A stretch of DNA of 64,000 bases from Parasitella parasitica NRRL 2501. Its lineage: Eukaryota > Fungi > Mucoromycota. The notes under the pieces were generated by a model. It worked only from the letters and a program-made list of their open reading frames with translations, was not told the DNA's origin and searched no databases. A program made the translations under genes and the position numbers. This document shows positions 37,006-50,500 of the stretch, in pieces. Position 1 is the first letter of the stretch. Each line of letters starts with the position of its first letter. The stretch spans positions 3,221 to 67,220 of the forward strand of contig MU619393.1 in assembly GCA_025201805.1 (NCBI GenBank). The letters run 5' to 3'.

Positions 37006-39555
37006 ATGCCCATGTTTGTCTATAAGAGAGGTACCCAGAGTCTAGTTGTCATTATACAAGTGTTTAAGCCCAATATCATTAGATGGAAGACGTGAAAGAG
37101 TAGCTTTTGATAAGGCATAGTATACAGAGAAATGCCCAATGCTTCAACTAACCATCTATTTATCACCTAGATCACCGCTAGAATCAACAAACTCTGTTAT
37201 GGTCTTGACATGAACTATGTTGATCCTGTCGCTATCACTCAAAAGGTAAGTCTGTGGAGTAGCTGCTCAGTTGACAATACCAAGTTGTTGCTTAATTAAA
37301 AAAAAAAAAAAAAGGTTATTTCTGGTGTCTATCAAGGCGTAACCACTATTGAGCTCGATAACCTTGCTGCGGAAACTGCAGCCTACATGACTACCACCCA
37401 TCCCGACTATGCTCAATTAGCTGCTCGCATTGCCATCTCCAACCTACACAAGGAAACCAAAAAGGTCTTTTCTCAAGTCATTGAAGATCTTTATACCTAT
37501 ATCAACCCCAAGACTGGTAAGCATTCTCCAATGATCGCAGAAAACATCTACAATATCATCATGGCCAATGCTGAGCGTCTCAACTCCGCCATCATCTACG
37601 ACCGTGATTTCAAGTACAATTTCTTTGGTTTCAAGACATTGGAGCGCTCCTACTTGCTCAAGATCAACTCCAAAGTAGCCGAGAGACCTCAACATTTGAT
37701 CATGCGTGTCGCAGTCGGCATCCACGGTGAAGATATTGACGCTGCCATCGAAACGTACAACCTGATGTCAGAACGTTATTTCACTCACGCTAGTCCCACC
37801 TTGTTCAATGCTGGCACTCCTCGCCCACAGTTGTCCTCTTGTTTCTTGTTGACCATGAAAGAGGACTCAATTGAGGGTATCTACGAAACCCTCAAGATCT
37901 GTGCTCAAATTTCAAAGACGGCTGGTGGCATCGGTTTGAATATTCACAATGTTCGTGCTACTGGTTCTTACATTGCTGGTACCAATGGCTACTCTAATGG
38001 ACTCTTGCCCATGTTGCGTGTGTTCAACAATACTGCCCGTTATGTCGATCAAGGTGGTAATAAGCGCCCTGGTGCTTTTGCCATGTATTTGGAACCCTGG
38101 CATGCTGATATATTCATGTTCCTTGATCTCCGCAAAAACTTTGGTAAGGACGAAATCAGAGCTCGTGATTTGTTTTATGCTCTTTGGGTGCCTGATCTTT
38201 TTATGGAACGCGTTAGAGATAATGGTGAATGGTCTCTTTTCTGTCCTAGCGAGGCTCCTGGTCTTTGTGAAGTATGGGGCGACGAATTCAAGGCTTTGTT
38301 TGAACAGTATGAACGGGAAGGCAGAGCTAGAGAAACTATCAAAGCACAAAAACTTTGGTATGCTATTTTAGAAGCTCAAACTGAAACTGGCAATCCTTTC
38401 ATGCTCTATAAGGATGCCTGTAATAGAAAGAGCAACCAACAGAATCTGGGTACTATCAAGTGTAGTAACCTTTGTACCGAAATTGTCGAGTATTCCAGCC
38501 CTGATGAAGTCGCCGTTTGTAATTTGGCCTCTATTGCTTTACCTTCTTTCGTTGTTGATAGGAAGAAGTACGATTTCCAAAAGCTTCATGATGTCACCAA
38601 GGTCATTACCAAAAATTTGAACAAGATCATCGATGTCAACTACTATCCTGTGGTTGAAGCTGAACGCTCTAACAAGAGACATCGTCCTATTGGCTTGGGT
38701 GTTCAAGGTTTGGCTGATGCTTTCATGCTAATGAAGTTTGCTTTCGACTCTCCCGAAGCCAAACAACTGAATATTCAAATCTTTGAAACAATCTATCATG
38801 CTGCCTTGGAAGCTTCGATTGAACTAGCTGAACAGTTTGGCCCATATGAGACGTATGAAGGTAGCCCAGTATCTCGAGGCATTCTGCAATACGACATGTG
38901 GGATGTCACGCCTTCTTCTCTTTGGGATTGGGCGTCTTTGAAAGAGAAGATTGCCAAGCACGGTGTCCGCAACTCCCTCTTACTTGCTCCTATGCCCACT
39001 GCCTCCACCTCACAAATCATGGGTTTCAATGAATGCTTTGAGCCCTACACATCCAACTTGTATACCCGCCGTGTTCTTGCTGGTGAATTCCAAATTGTGA
39101 ACCCTTGGTTGCTGAAGGATTTGGTCGAAATGGATCTTTGGAACGAAGATGTCAAGAATATGATCATGTCTGATGGTGGTTCTATCCAAAACATTCCTGG
39201 TATCCCTCAAAAATTGAAGGACATTTATAAAACCGTCTGGGAACTAAGCCAACGTACTTTGGTTGATATGGCTGCTGACCGTGGTGCTTTTATTGACCAA
39301 AGTCAAAGCTTGAATATTTTTATTGGAGAACCTAATTTTGGTAAATTGACCAGTATGCATTTTTATGGTTGGCAAAAGGGCTTGAAGACTGGTATGTATT
39401 ATCTACGTACTCGTCCTGCTGTCGATGCAATCAAGTTTACCGTGGACCAACTTTCTTTGCGTGAATATCGTAAAAAGAAATCTGAAGAGGAAAATGAAGC
39501 TGATATGGTCTGCTCCATTGATAATAAGGATGCTTGCGTTAGCTGCAGTGGATAG
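37006..39555 (+). CDS. RNR1: Ribonucleoside-diphosphate reductase large subunit (class Ia), three 5' introns
   Basis: ATP-cone [55 protein letters not shown], and C-terminal CVSC. Confidence 0.98.
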
Positions 39556-39999
39556 TTTATTTTTATCCTCTCTTTTCCTTAATTTGCTGAAACAACCAAA
39601 ACTTGTATATATCTTATATTTAATTCCGCTCACCCTGTCTCCCCTTCTCTATTCTTCTATTATCATCATCTTGGCAATAAAAAAAAAATCGTTTCAATTT
39701 GGGTTGATATAAATCGCTCACTTTATCTGATCCTCCTAGTGATAGTTTAATGTAGCACTCATATCTTGTCCATCGTAACCATTATTTCAACTCAGCTATC
39801 ACGGCAACCGTTCCTGATCGGATCCAAGGTTAAAATATCACTGGTTGTTCTATGATAAATAGAAATAATTATGGAATGTCTTGTGCACGAGCTCATCTGC
39901 TTGTCTTAAATACAAAAGATAAACTTATCGCTGAATGATTTTACATGCATAATGATTAGCTGAAACTGTTTTTATTTACTATTTCTTTCACTCTATTCA

Positions 40000-40860
40000 C
40001 CCAAAAATGCTTTTTGATACTTATAAGCCTGAGGAGTAAGTGCAATTTATAGACGGATACGCTACGTCTGGTGAAGAAATGGGAGAAATGAACGAGATTG
40101 TAGACGTAGATTATGAGCACGCTCAATGCTCTGTAATGAATGCTACTAATATAAATAGCATGGCCGCTGATGAAATAGAAGAAGTAAATAAAAACATAAG
40201 CAACTTACTCATGACACCCTAACTCCTCGAATAACAGTTGCCTGTCAGCTAGCCAAACTGTTTGATTAGCTCAGTAAAAGCTCTCTCTCCCTATCTCTGA
40301 AAGCACTATCTTCTATCCTTTGGCCGCCTTCAAGGACAGCTTTCATCACTCACATTTATTACTACAGTATTGCTAATTTTTGTGTGTAGTAAAGTGTATT
40401 CAGCTTATTTGATTTACTCAACATACTTTATTATTTAACTTGACGTAGCTATTCTTCAGCTTTTTCTCGCTTGCAAAGTGAATAGCCGCTAATCTGTTAT
40501 GCGACATGTTGCCTTGAGATTCATCGGTTTCTACAAAAATCATTATGATTACAGGTACTGCAACGTAGACATACTTGGCTCTATACTAATTTCTTATGGG
40601 GGGTTTTTTTCTAACTACTGTTTTACTCTAAAATGAGGCGATTGGGAATCCAATTTGAGATGATCTGAAAACTAAAATTCTTGATGGATTGAGCAACCTT
40701 GTTCTGCTTTATACTTTGTTAGAGTCCAAACCATATGAAGTCGTTGCACTACTCTCAATTCAATTTCTTCCGTAACCGAATCCTCTTCTTCCTCGGATGT
40801 AGATTCTTCTGGAAGTTGCTTCAAACATGGCAATGTCTTAATGGCCAGTAGTTATACCTT
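40000..40860. pseudogene. Decayed coding-like fragments, probably transposon debris
   Basis: Short acidic ORF pieces interrupted by stops: QFIDGYATSGEEMGEMNEIVDVDY (+) and LPEESTSEEEEDSVTEEIELRV (-). No catalytic motif recognised. Confidence 0.25.
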
Positions 40861-42777
40861 TTCTTAAAAGTCAAGAATTCCAAGACACATTGAATTATTT
40901 TACGGGTAAATCTCAAAAAGCCAAAAGAAATCAGAAAAAACTTACCAAATAAGATAATAATAAGTTTTTTTTTACAGTCTTTTTATGGTGTCTGATAAAA
41001 AAGTTCTAGTAAATGATAAATGTCACGGTTTTTGTGATAAAAGCTGAGAAAAGGCCTTTTTAGATTTACATTTTAGAGTAGGGAATATTTTATATTGATT
41101 TGCAAAATTGCGACGCCCTTATTATTTTATTGTTGATCAAACAGCCATTGTGCAGGAGCAATAGGTATTTGGTTTAGCGATTTATCGCCTATTCAAAATT
41201 TGATACTCTACAGTACAGTGCCTGGAACTTGGAATCTACCAGAAGTTTATTATGAAGCTTAACTTTTTTTTAGTAAAATTACCTGTAACCTCAATCCTAA
41301 CCTCTATTTTACATGTTTAGCATTAGAATCATAAAAAAAAGGAACTCTCGAACTGAAATTAAGTATTATTATAGGCAACAATGGTAATAGGGCTTCTCTG
41401 TCACTAGCAATTAGCAACTTATGAATTATTCACAAATAACAAGGGGTTACTAAAGCAGAACATTGTATTCGTTAATTATTCTCTTCGACTTCCAACTCGA
41501 TGAGCCACACTTGTTTTATCATATTACCGTGAAGAAAGGTATACTTGCGGCATCCAAAATGCTTACTTTAGAGCTGTGTCATGTACTAGAATTGATATTG
41601 ACATAATGTCTTCTTCAGAAAGGTATTTTTACAGCTAAAAAGCAAGAACTTTAGCTTCTTGTGCCATTTTTTGACTGATTTTCATAATCTAAAGTGCCCT
41701 GAAAACACCAGAAATAGTATCCGTTGGGAAAAAACTATATTATATATGATTTTGGTGCAATTTGAGCATGATTTTTTTTTCGATGCAAAATGACGGATTT
41801 TTTCGATTTTTTCCTTGTATCCACACATCCAAAATCATCGATTATGCATTATCCTCAATTTCGACCCCAAAAATGCAACTTTTTACTATGGCATATATTG
41901 GAGGAAAATGATCGTAAAAGACCAATCCTTGATCTCAAAGACTAAAAATGCGCTCTGATTAAGCAAAATATTGACTTTTCCCTCTTGAACTGTTTTTGAA
42001 ATTTTTCGGCAGAATTCCTTCCATAGGCATACGGGGATTATGAAAATAACACCATCGTGTAGCGTGCCCAAATGTACAGCTATTATCATAGATTGACAGC
42101 CGTGGTATGTATAGTATCGGAGGATGATATCTTGCCTCAAAGGGGTAATTTTGATTTTGTTGTGTCCGAATGGAGTTTCTGAAAGAATTTTTCCTTCCTG
42201 ATTTTGGACGCGTTTAATCTCCGCTATCAAAGAAAAATGGAAAAAAGCATTAGCTTTGAGAAGCCATAGCTTGTCCAGTTTAGAAGAAAAACAACCACAG
42301 CTTGCTTCATTTAAATGTTACGCTTATTGGCTTTCTAATGGTAGTACTTTTATATCTGTAACTAGCTTGACATTCTCACGCTCCGATTTTGAAAGATACT
42401 TTTCCGAAAAAAGCCAGAAAAGTCGCTACCTTCATCTGATGTCAACCTAAAAAGCACAAAAACTTGCTCTAAGCTATGCAATATGTAGTCAAAAGGTGCC
42501 TTACAGTCTAATGCATTACTTTGCATTACTTTTTGTGTTTGAGATCGCTAAACATTGTTTTTTTTTTACAGTATTCGTCTTTTTTCTGACAATAACACAC
42601 TGAAGTTCGCGCAGACTAAAAAGAAAAACAGGCGTCTAAAATCTAAGATGGCTTTACAAAGACACACACTGTCGAACCATTCCAATATTATGGAAAATAT
42701 GGCACAGGTTTGACTAGCTGGTATAATTTGCAACTGGATATAGAGAACCCAGCTTGTCACTTGTCTGACAAGACCTT

Positions 42778-43494
42778 CTACATTAGAAGACGCCAAATTG
42801 TGATTGTACTGCCTATATGTCTCTTGCAATTTGGTGGAATTCGATTTTGCTTCTCATCTTCAGATTGCTCTATGAGAATTTTTATAGAGCTAAGATTTTG
42901 GACTCTCGAGTGAGCAACATATAATTGGCCAAGTGAAAATACAGGCTTTGGAAGGTATAAGCCCACCTTTTGCAAAGTCTGTCCTTGAGCCTTGTTTACA
43001 AACATTTCAAAGGCAAGCCTAATGAGAAATTGATGTCTTTGGAAGTTGATAGGGGACTCATCAGGTGAATTTAAAGAGATTTCCGGGATAAGGACCCCAT
43101 CAGCAATTTTTGAACCTGAGATTGTTCTTGCAGAAATAACATTTGGGAGAAGGGCTTCGAGAAACAATCTTCTAATGTTTAAGTTTAGTAGATGAGGAGG
43201 AATACCACCAAATTCAATGTTGTTCATCATTTCTAGGGGATACTGTACTTGAGCTATCTCAAAGGAACATTTATCAACGCCACGACATATGACCTCTTGG
43301 CCAGGAATTTGAGCAAGCATGATATCATTTAAAATCTGAACATTGGCATTCATTGGTGTCATAAAAATTGAGTTTGTGAGCATGTCTACCCAGGAACGGG
43401 ATATCATATCGACACCCACTGTAACCAAAAGTGGGAATGTGCTATCGATAAGAAAATACAGGTTGATACCAGGAATCACCATATCCAATGACAT
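42778..43494 (-). pseudogene. Helitron PIF1-family helicase, C-terminal fragment
   Basis: GIPPHLLNL, FQRHQFLIRLAFEMFVNKAQGQTLQKVGLYLPKPVFSLGQLYVAHSRV. This is a degenerate form of the QFP.RLAFAMTINKSQGQ..VFSHGQLYVA.SRV motifs; Walker A/B are absent. Confidence 0.88.
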
Positions 43495-43824
43495 GGGATT
43501 ATAATCGGTGTCAGAAGCAGGAGCAAAATCTGAGAAAATATTGGGCGTTCTCCGGCCGCAGGTAAACCACTACCCCATTAAGTGGTACGCACCTCTGTGC
43601 AATTTAATGATGTATACACCACCACCTCGAGTTTCTTGTTCTCTCGAGATCTCCTGCTCTCAGAAAACAAATCAAAATGTGTTTTTTTTTCAGTTAACAA
43701 GACATTATCTTTAAAAAATGGAATAATTTTATTGCAATATCATCTAAACTTTGAACTTGTAATCGATTATATTTAGATTTTAGATCATAAATTGTTCGAC
43801 AATCAAAGAGTTTTTCTAATTCTT

Positions 43825-44541
43825 CTAAAACATTCCTACATGATTTGTTTTTTTCTTAATCTTCATTGAAGCAAAGCTCAATGCACTGTTATATGACTTT
43901 ATATTGATCCTGAACTCCCTACATTTGCGTGTTGATACTTTTAGCAAATGAGCAAGTAAAGGTGGTGTTGGTTTAAGAGGTTTAAGCTTGAAAGAGCTGG
44001 TTGCACAGCATAGTTGAAATCGAGGGTTGGTATTAGATGACGTTTTGATTCTCTCAACCATCCACATCAGGGTTCCACAGCCAGTACACTCCACGCTCAT
44101 ACGACTACGGTCATCTCTCTCAGTGAGAAATCTTGCGGGATCCTTTGCAATATTTCGTGTGATAAAATCATTTGCTGCTCTTGGACTTCGTGTTTAGTTT
44201 GTTGGGTCAGCGGAGCATGTTTTGCTTTCGGAAGGATTTGGGTTATTTCTTGGATTATCAAAAGAAGAACTGTGCGTACTTTCTGAACGCCCTAATTACT
44301 GCCAAAAGGCACACTTAGACACACTGACTTAACGTGTGGGGGTTATGTCGCTTTCTCTAACAGATTGAGCGTTCTCATTTGTATCATTTGTAGGGATACA
44401 ACTGCTAATTGGATTGTTAGAACATGATTTATGTGATCTTCCCGAATGACCCAATTTGTGGCATGAAGCGCAACGCTTGGTTTTCTGGTGGCTAGGGCCT
44501 GCTATATTTTGGTCAGAATCAGGGAAAGGACGCTTTGGCAT
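43825..44541 (-). pseudogene. Helitron RepHel N-terminal region (zinc knuckle plus zinc-finger fragment)
   Basis: CASCHKLGHSGRSHKSC, and CTGCGTLMW..ER....NPRFQLCC....L..L...P..L..LL......FR.NIKSYNSALSFASM, the typical Helitron N-terminal signature. Interrupted by stops. Confidence 0.85.
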
Positions 44542-44869
44542 ACTATCATTTATTATAATACTTGTGATTTCTAAAAATTTGATCAAGCCCTAGGCCCTTT
44601 TAAGACTTATTTTACGACGTAATTTGAGGAGTCTCTTTTGAGGGTAATATGTAAACTGTGATTTCTAGTTTAACACATGAATCAACCTTAAATGTTATTA
44701 TTTATACCAATTTGTAAAAGCGAGAGAAGGGTGCGATAACAGTGGGAAGGGAGGCATTTATATGATGGCTGTAGTTCGCAATGTTGCACCAGACATTGGC
44801 AGTAAACTTTCTTACTGTAATGACCAAGAGAGATTGCATGAACTAATAATATAAATAACCAGAAAGTAA

Positions 44870-46064
44870 AATGTTTAAAAGAATTTCGAATAAATAGGCA
44901 AAAAAAAGTGGTACTGTTGCTTTGGATGTGGCTATAGGAATCACTCCAAAAAAAAAATCGAAACTTGGTTTTATTGACGAGAAAGAGGTTTGCCCGGGCA
45001 AGACTTTGGTCGATGATTTCGATGTTACAGCTATTTTCCGACGTTATCAAATTTACTCTGAAAAAATAGCTAAACCTATTATGCTTGAAAGCAACATCCA
45101 AGAATTATTAGCCTTGGGCGATGTCCTATTTTTAGCAAGAAACCAACACAGCAATACGATGATGTCTTTTTCACCGAAGAGTTGCTTGATAAACTGTCAA
45201 TTAATCAACAACATTTATTGTGAAATAAAATTCCAGACACATGCCCCGAGTTTACAAAAAGAGAGTACATGGATGTGATGGACATTTTAACTTGTATCGA
45301 TCGAAACACTGTGACACCCAAACAAGCGAAACTTCAATTATTAACGCTTGCTGCTGATATGGATTCTTTAAAAAGGCATATTATTGAAGGAGTTGGTGAT
45401 ATGTAAGTGTAGTCGGATGAACAGGGGTTGAATGAGGGCTTAATTTTTTTTATTCTGTGGTTGTAATAGGCTTACGAAATTACCCTTGGACACAATAGTG
45501 GTGAAGCTGATATCCAAACCAGATACTATGAGCCATTGCTATCACCGATCTTGGCGGATAACACGAAGAAAGTCATTTTGAGATGGCTAAACAAGATGGA
45601 TGAAGTAACACCTGAAATACGAGCAGATGCAATCATATCAACATTGATCCAATCGAGATTTGGAAGACGTCTTGGGTATGGCGAGGTAAAACCTGGCCAC
45701 CACACAATCGCTTTATATAGACACTTTGAAATTGGCCATTTTATCAAGGAATAATTGTTTAAACAAAGGACATCCTACCATTTCATTTCAAGTCAACGGA
45801 TTCCAGCGCTTTTATACCATGACTGAAATTGGTCGTGTCAAAGTTCCAGATTCTTTATCATCAATTGAATCATTTGCTACCATGAAAAACCTCCAAACAT
45901 TGTTATATGTGATCCATGTGTTATGGTATTGGTGTTATTCCACCTCATTGCCAAATTATTCACCGCTGCCTTCTAGTTCCTCAAGCCCTGATATTATTGC
46001 TTTATTTAATATGGCTAGCAACTCAAACTCCAAATTTCGAGATTGCCCCATTCAATTTAATTGA
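44870..46064 (+). pseudogene. Frameshifted gene of a PD-(D/E)xK restriction-endonuclease-like family (multicopy Mucorales-type)
   Basis: Fragments IQELLALGDVLFL; EPLLSPILAD..KKVILRWLN; R(A)DAIISTL....LGYGEVKP; ISFQVNG; FYTMTEIG.VKVP.SL. The pieces sit in different frames, with one apparent intron at ~45403-45469. Confidence 0.6.
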
Positions 46065-46380
46065 TGTGATTAGTTTTAATAAATATAAATCAAGTTTTAT
46101 GATTTGCAAAATAAAAAGCTTTCTATTTTTCGCTATTAATGAATAAGGCTGAAAAGTATAAAATAAGAGTTAGATTCACTCTTTTCAACTATCCAAACTC
46201 TCAAGCTTTCCAATGCAATTGCATCCCTGCTAAATTTCTGGAGCGTTGGCTTCTTTAGGAAAAAATCAACAAACAAACATAACCTTTTTATTAAACATAT
46301 TTACATATTTATTGTAAGCTGTATCATATAACTCTTATTTATTATTTGGCAGAAAAACCCTTGGCTTATGAATATGAAGT

Positions 46381-46593
46381 GATGTGTCAATTTCCCAATC
46401 TGAAGTCAAACTCAAGCAAACTCAATCCTGAACACAACCCAGGAATATATCCCAATGGATCATGTTCCTTATTTATAACATAACATGACATCGTCCATTC
46501 TCTATATAACACCATGTCTCACACTTGTACCTTATCCCCCCATCAGTCCACTTAGATTCACAGTTTATTTGAATTATTTCTCATTCTGATAAA
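46381..46593 (+). repeat. Dispersed non-coding repeat, copy B
   Basis: Shares GATGTG.CAATTTCCCAA...GAAGTCAAACTCAA..AA...TGAACACAACCCAGGAA with copy C, and CCCAATGGATC.TGTTCC.TATTTATAA...CATCAGTCCACTTA...TTTCTCATTCTGATAAA with copy A. Confidence 0.88.
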
Positions 46594-47519
46594 GCACCGA
46601 GTTAATAACGCCGACATCAATCTCTCCAGGATTTATTATTGTATCCATATAAAGGCTACATATGTCATAGTTATAATGCACGGATAATGATATTAATTGT
46701 TGGTTTTTCATTTACAAATAAGGAATAAGCTACAAGTTGTAATTGAACCTCTCGCGGGATGTCGGGAAGCAATCTGCCCAATCTTTTCTTTAATTCAATA
46801 ATCTAGAAGAATAGGTCTGTCCTGGAAATGCTGTGATTTAATAATGTTTGACACTTCTTGTCCAACATCAGATGTTGTGTGGATAAACATTGATTGATAT
46901 TTTAGTATAAATAGAGATCATATCTTATGTCTATCATACAGCCATTGTGTTGCTCACATGCTTTGTAGTAAGCGATCACCTTTTTTTCCATTGATGTGTA
47001 AGACAAGGCCTCATATGCAACTTAATATCCTGTAGATATAATCGAAAGCTGAGAAGATATGCTGTGAAGTATGGTCTCAAGTCCGTGTTCGAATAACCTT
47101 ATTTTTGGCCAAGAAAATACCATTCCAATCTGTAAATACTAGTTTTTCGCTCTCAATGAAAATTAAATAGCTATTTTTTCCTTTGTATGTTCTATTTCAA
47201 GTAATAAAAACTTGTTGGCATTTCTTCATCGTAGTGTCTCGTTGAAAGAAGAGGCTTTCAGGATAATTTTTTTTTTCGTTTTCAATGTAAATGATAAATG
47301 ATTGTTTGAATATTCATTCCTGCAAACAAAAACACACGGATGCTGTTAATGAAGCCACTATAATTGAAAACGTAATACTTCGTGAGACACTTTACAACCA
47401 AGATGCAGTATGTATGGAACCCATTTGCGTGACCTTGAAAACGCGAAGCAGAAATTTACCAAAAAGTGTGCAACAAAAAAATCTTGACATTACACTTTCC
47501 ATCGAAAACATTGTCAATC

Positions 47520-50500
47520 ATGAACAGCAAGAACACTTACCATGTTGTCACTACCATCAATGAACCCACCGCTATTACATGCACAGCCAAAAGCAGGTTT
47601 CTTGATCCTGAATATGATAACCTCATTATTTGGTAAAAGAAAATTTCGCCATCAAAAAAACTAATTTTGACAACTCATCGTGCAAGCTTTTTGTTCTACA
47701 TTATTACTTATCAATAGCAAGGGCTCTACAATTGAAATTTACTCGATATTATCTGACGGTATCAAGTTGGCAACAGATTTTAGCATTTATGGCGTGATCA
47801 GTAAGATACAGGCATGCACTATACCCGTAAGTTTAAACCATCTCTTTTTTTAAAAAATGTCTTGACCTTTTTCATTTAGAATAAATCAACATGCTCCTTA
47901 TTCGTACTGACAGACCAAAACTACTTTACAATTCTTACATATGATTCTGTAATGCAGAGAATAAATTCAGAAGGTCATGGCAAACTGAGTGAACCCAATG
48001 CACGTATTACGGACCAACCTATTTCGATAGTGATCGATTTGAAGAGCAGTACAATCCTAATCAGTGCATTTACGGGACGCTTGTTTTCCGTACCACTTGC
48101 ACCCAAGATAGATGTCAAGGGCAAATCGAAAGAAGCTGTCCGATCGACTCCATTTGAACCATCATCTATACGAACAAACGAGTTCGACTTTATATCTATG
48201 GTGTCACTGAAAGGCATCCATCAATCCAGCATTGCAGTCTTATTGGGAGGGATCGACAATCTGAAGACAATCAAGACGTTCAAATATAATGCTTTACTGA
48301 ACGAAATTTCAGAAAATGACAAACTGCAGGTTGGAGTAGAAGCGACCACGCATTCACTAGTCGCTGTGCCGGACCCAATCGGCGGCGTACTATCCATTGG
48401 AGAGTACATTATATCTTACTACGATCTCTTATCTCCAGGCAGTACGCCAAAGGAATTAAGTATCGATCCAACAGTAGTCATGGCAACCTCGTTTCTGGAA
48501 AACAGTTATGATCATTGCATGATCGGAGATGCTGAAGGATATCTCTACATGCTGACGTTTGATATTAACAATCTTAAAGTGCATCAAATTCATAGTACGC
48601 TAATTGGACAAGCCTGCATTCCAAATTCAATCACTGATCTAGGAAATGATTTGTTCTATATCGGATCTTCACAAGGCGATCCATGTGTGATAAGGCTGAA
48701 CAGACTAGGAGCCAAATTCTCCGTAGACATTCTGCACACATTCTCGAATCTCGGACCTATTGTGGATTTCTGTCTGTTTGATTATGATCAGCAAGGCAAG
48801 CAGACGATGGTATGCTGTTCTGGCGTAGACAAGGACGGCAGTTTACGTGTGGTAGAAAATGGGATTGGATTTTTAGAAGAATATGAGTTGAATATACCAC
48901 TGATTACGCAAGTCTTCCCATTAATAATACCTGGCAGGTAGGCCCTCAAAGCGACCTGGCACCGCACACACCGACACATACACACACACATTGGCTAACA
49001 TTTTAATGTAGAACGTCGGATACTCTTATTATTTCAACATTCGACCGAACGATCGTATTGAATCAAACTAGCGACACGGAAATGAAGGAATACAATAAAT
49101 ACGGTGCATTGATACACAATGATATCACCCTTGCAACGACTGTCAATCACCAAGGCCACTTGGTACAGATTACCAAATTATCAGCACGCATAATGACCCT
49201 GGGGAGTCAGGGCACTCTTTTACACGAATGGAGGCCACCTAAAGGAGAATATATTGCTATTGCCCAAGTGAATGCAACCCAATGTGTGCTTTGTTGTGGG
49301 AAAGGCTTACTGATTTATTTGGATTATGCAGGCAACGCATTTAGACAGATTAGCTGCTTGCAATTGCCTGATGTTGCCTGTATACGGCTTTGCCCTCTTA
49401 AAGAAGACGGTCTTGATAACGATTACGTACTGGTTGGCATGTGGTCGAAGCCAAAGGCCATGCTACTACTGCTCCCCACCTTAGAGACTATTCTGGAGTA
49501 TCCAGTCAAGGAAACGGGGCCTCGTGATCTGCTGATTACAAGGTTCGAACAAAAATTATATTTCATGGTGCTTCTTGGGGATGGGCAGTTATTCAGTAAC
49601 GAGATACAGTTTAGGAGAAACGTGGCACTCTTAATGAACGAAAGACAAACAATGGTTGGCACTTACTGCACAGCCATGTACCCCTATGTACATCAGGAGC
49701 AAAAGAAGGTTTTCATTGCAGGAAGCAGGCCCACTATCGTATCCAGCTTACGGCAAACTCTATTTTTCTCTGCTGTCAATATGAAGGTTTGAACTGACAA
49801 CAATGACCTGTCTGCAGTATTCTAAAATGTTCTTTAGGATATCTTTGCATTTGCTACATTCAACCAACATATTTTATTGATGACTAGTCAAAGTTTATTA
49901 TTTGGCCAGATTGATGCGAGCCAAAAACTGCACCACAACAAGTTTAAAATTGAAAATGACATGCCTGTGCGAATTCGATACATGAACCAAGCAAGGGCGT
50001 TGGCAGTGGGCACAATTTACAAGGAAAAGAACAACCATAACGGATTTCTTTCAAGCAAAGGCAACATACGTATTTTGGACGCACAGACATTTCAAGGTAA
50101 CTGCTACAAATCTGCGAGTTTAAATTGCAAGCAGCTAGACTAACCTCCAACAATTAGTGCTGGATACTTACGCATTGCCTGAAACCGAAACAATTGAAAG
50201 CATGGTCATGGCAAGCTTCTCTGGATATCCCAATAAAGAGTACCTGTTTGTCGGCACAATTATCGAGAATCTCGAAGATCCAGATGCAAATCATGGCCGT
50301 ATTCTAGTGTTTGACATAAAGGACAACTATAAAGTCGAATTGCTCGAGGCAGTTGAACAGCCTGGCGTTATATACGATCTGAAAGCATTCCAGAATTCAG
50401 TGGTGGCAGCCGTGAATGGCTCGGTAAGTTCAAGCATGATCTTTCCCCTAGCAAAACCTGACTTGTTTATAGATTTATTGCTTGACGAAATTTGCACCAG

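Larger units (their letters stand above)
42714..44660 (-). mobile_element. Degenerate, internally deleted Helitron (rolling-circle transposon)
   Basis: N-terminal RepHel fragments and a PIF1 helicase C-terminus lie in order on the minus strand, followed by hairpin(s) and CTAG|T at 42717-42713. The 5' end is not resolved. Confidence 0.8.

Noticed and set aside
37387-39555. Possible intein or mobile intron in RNR1, a common host for them
   Set aside because: The ORF is colinear with standard class Ia R1 and shows no insertion.
47291-47563. 90-aa ORF upstream of DDB1
   Set aside because: It overlaps the DDB1 start out of frame and has no recognisable features; probably promoter/UTR sequence.
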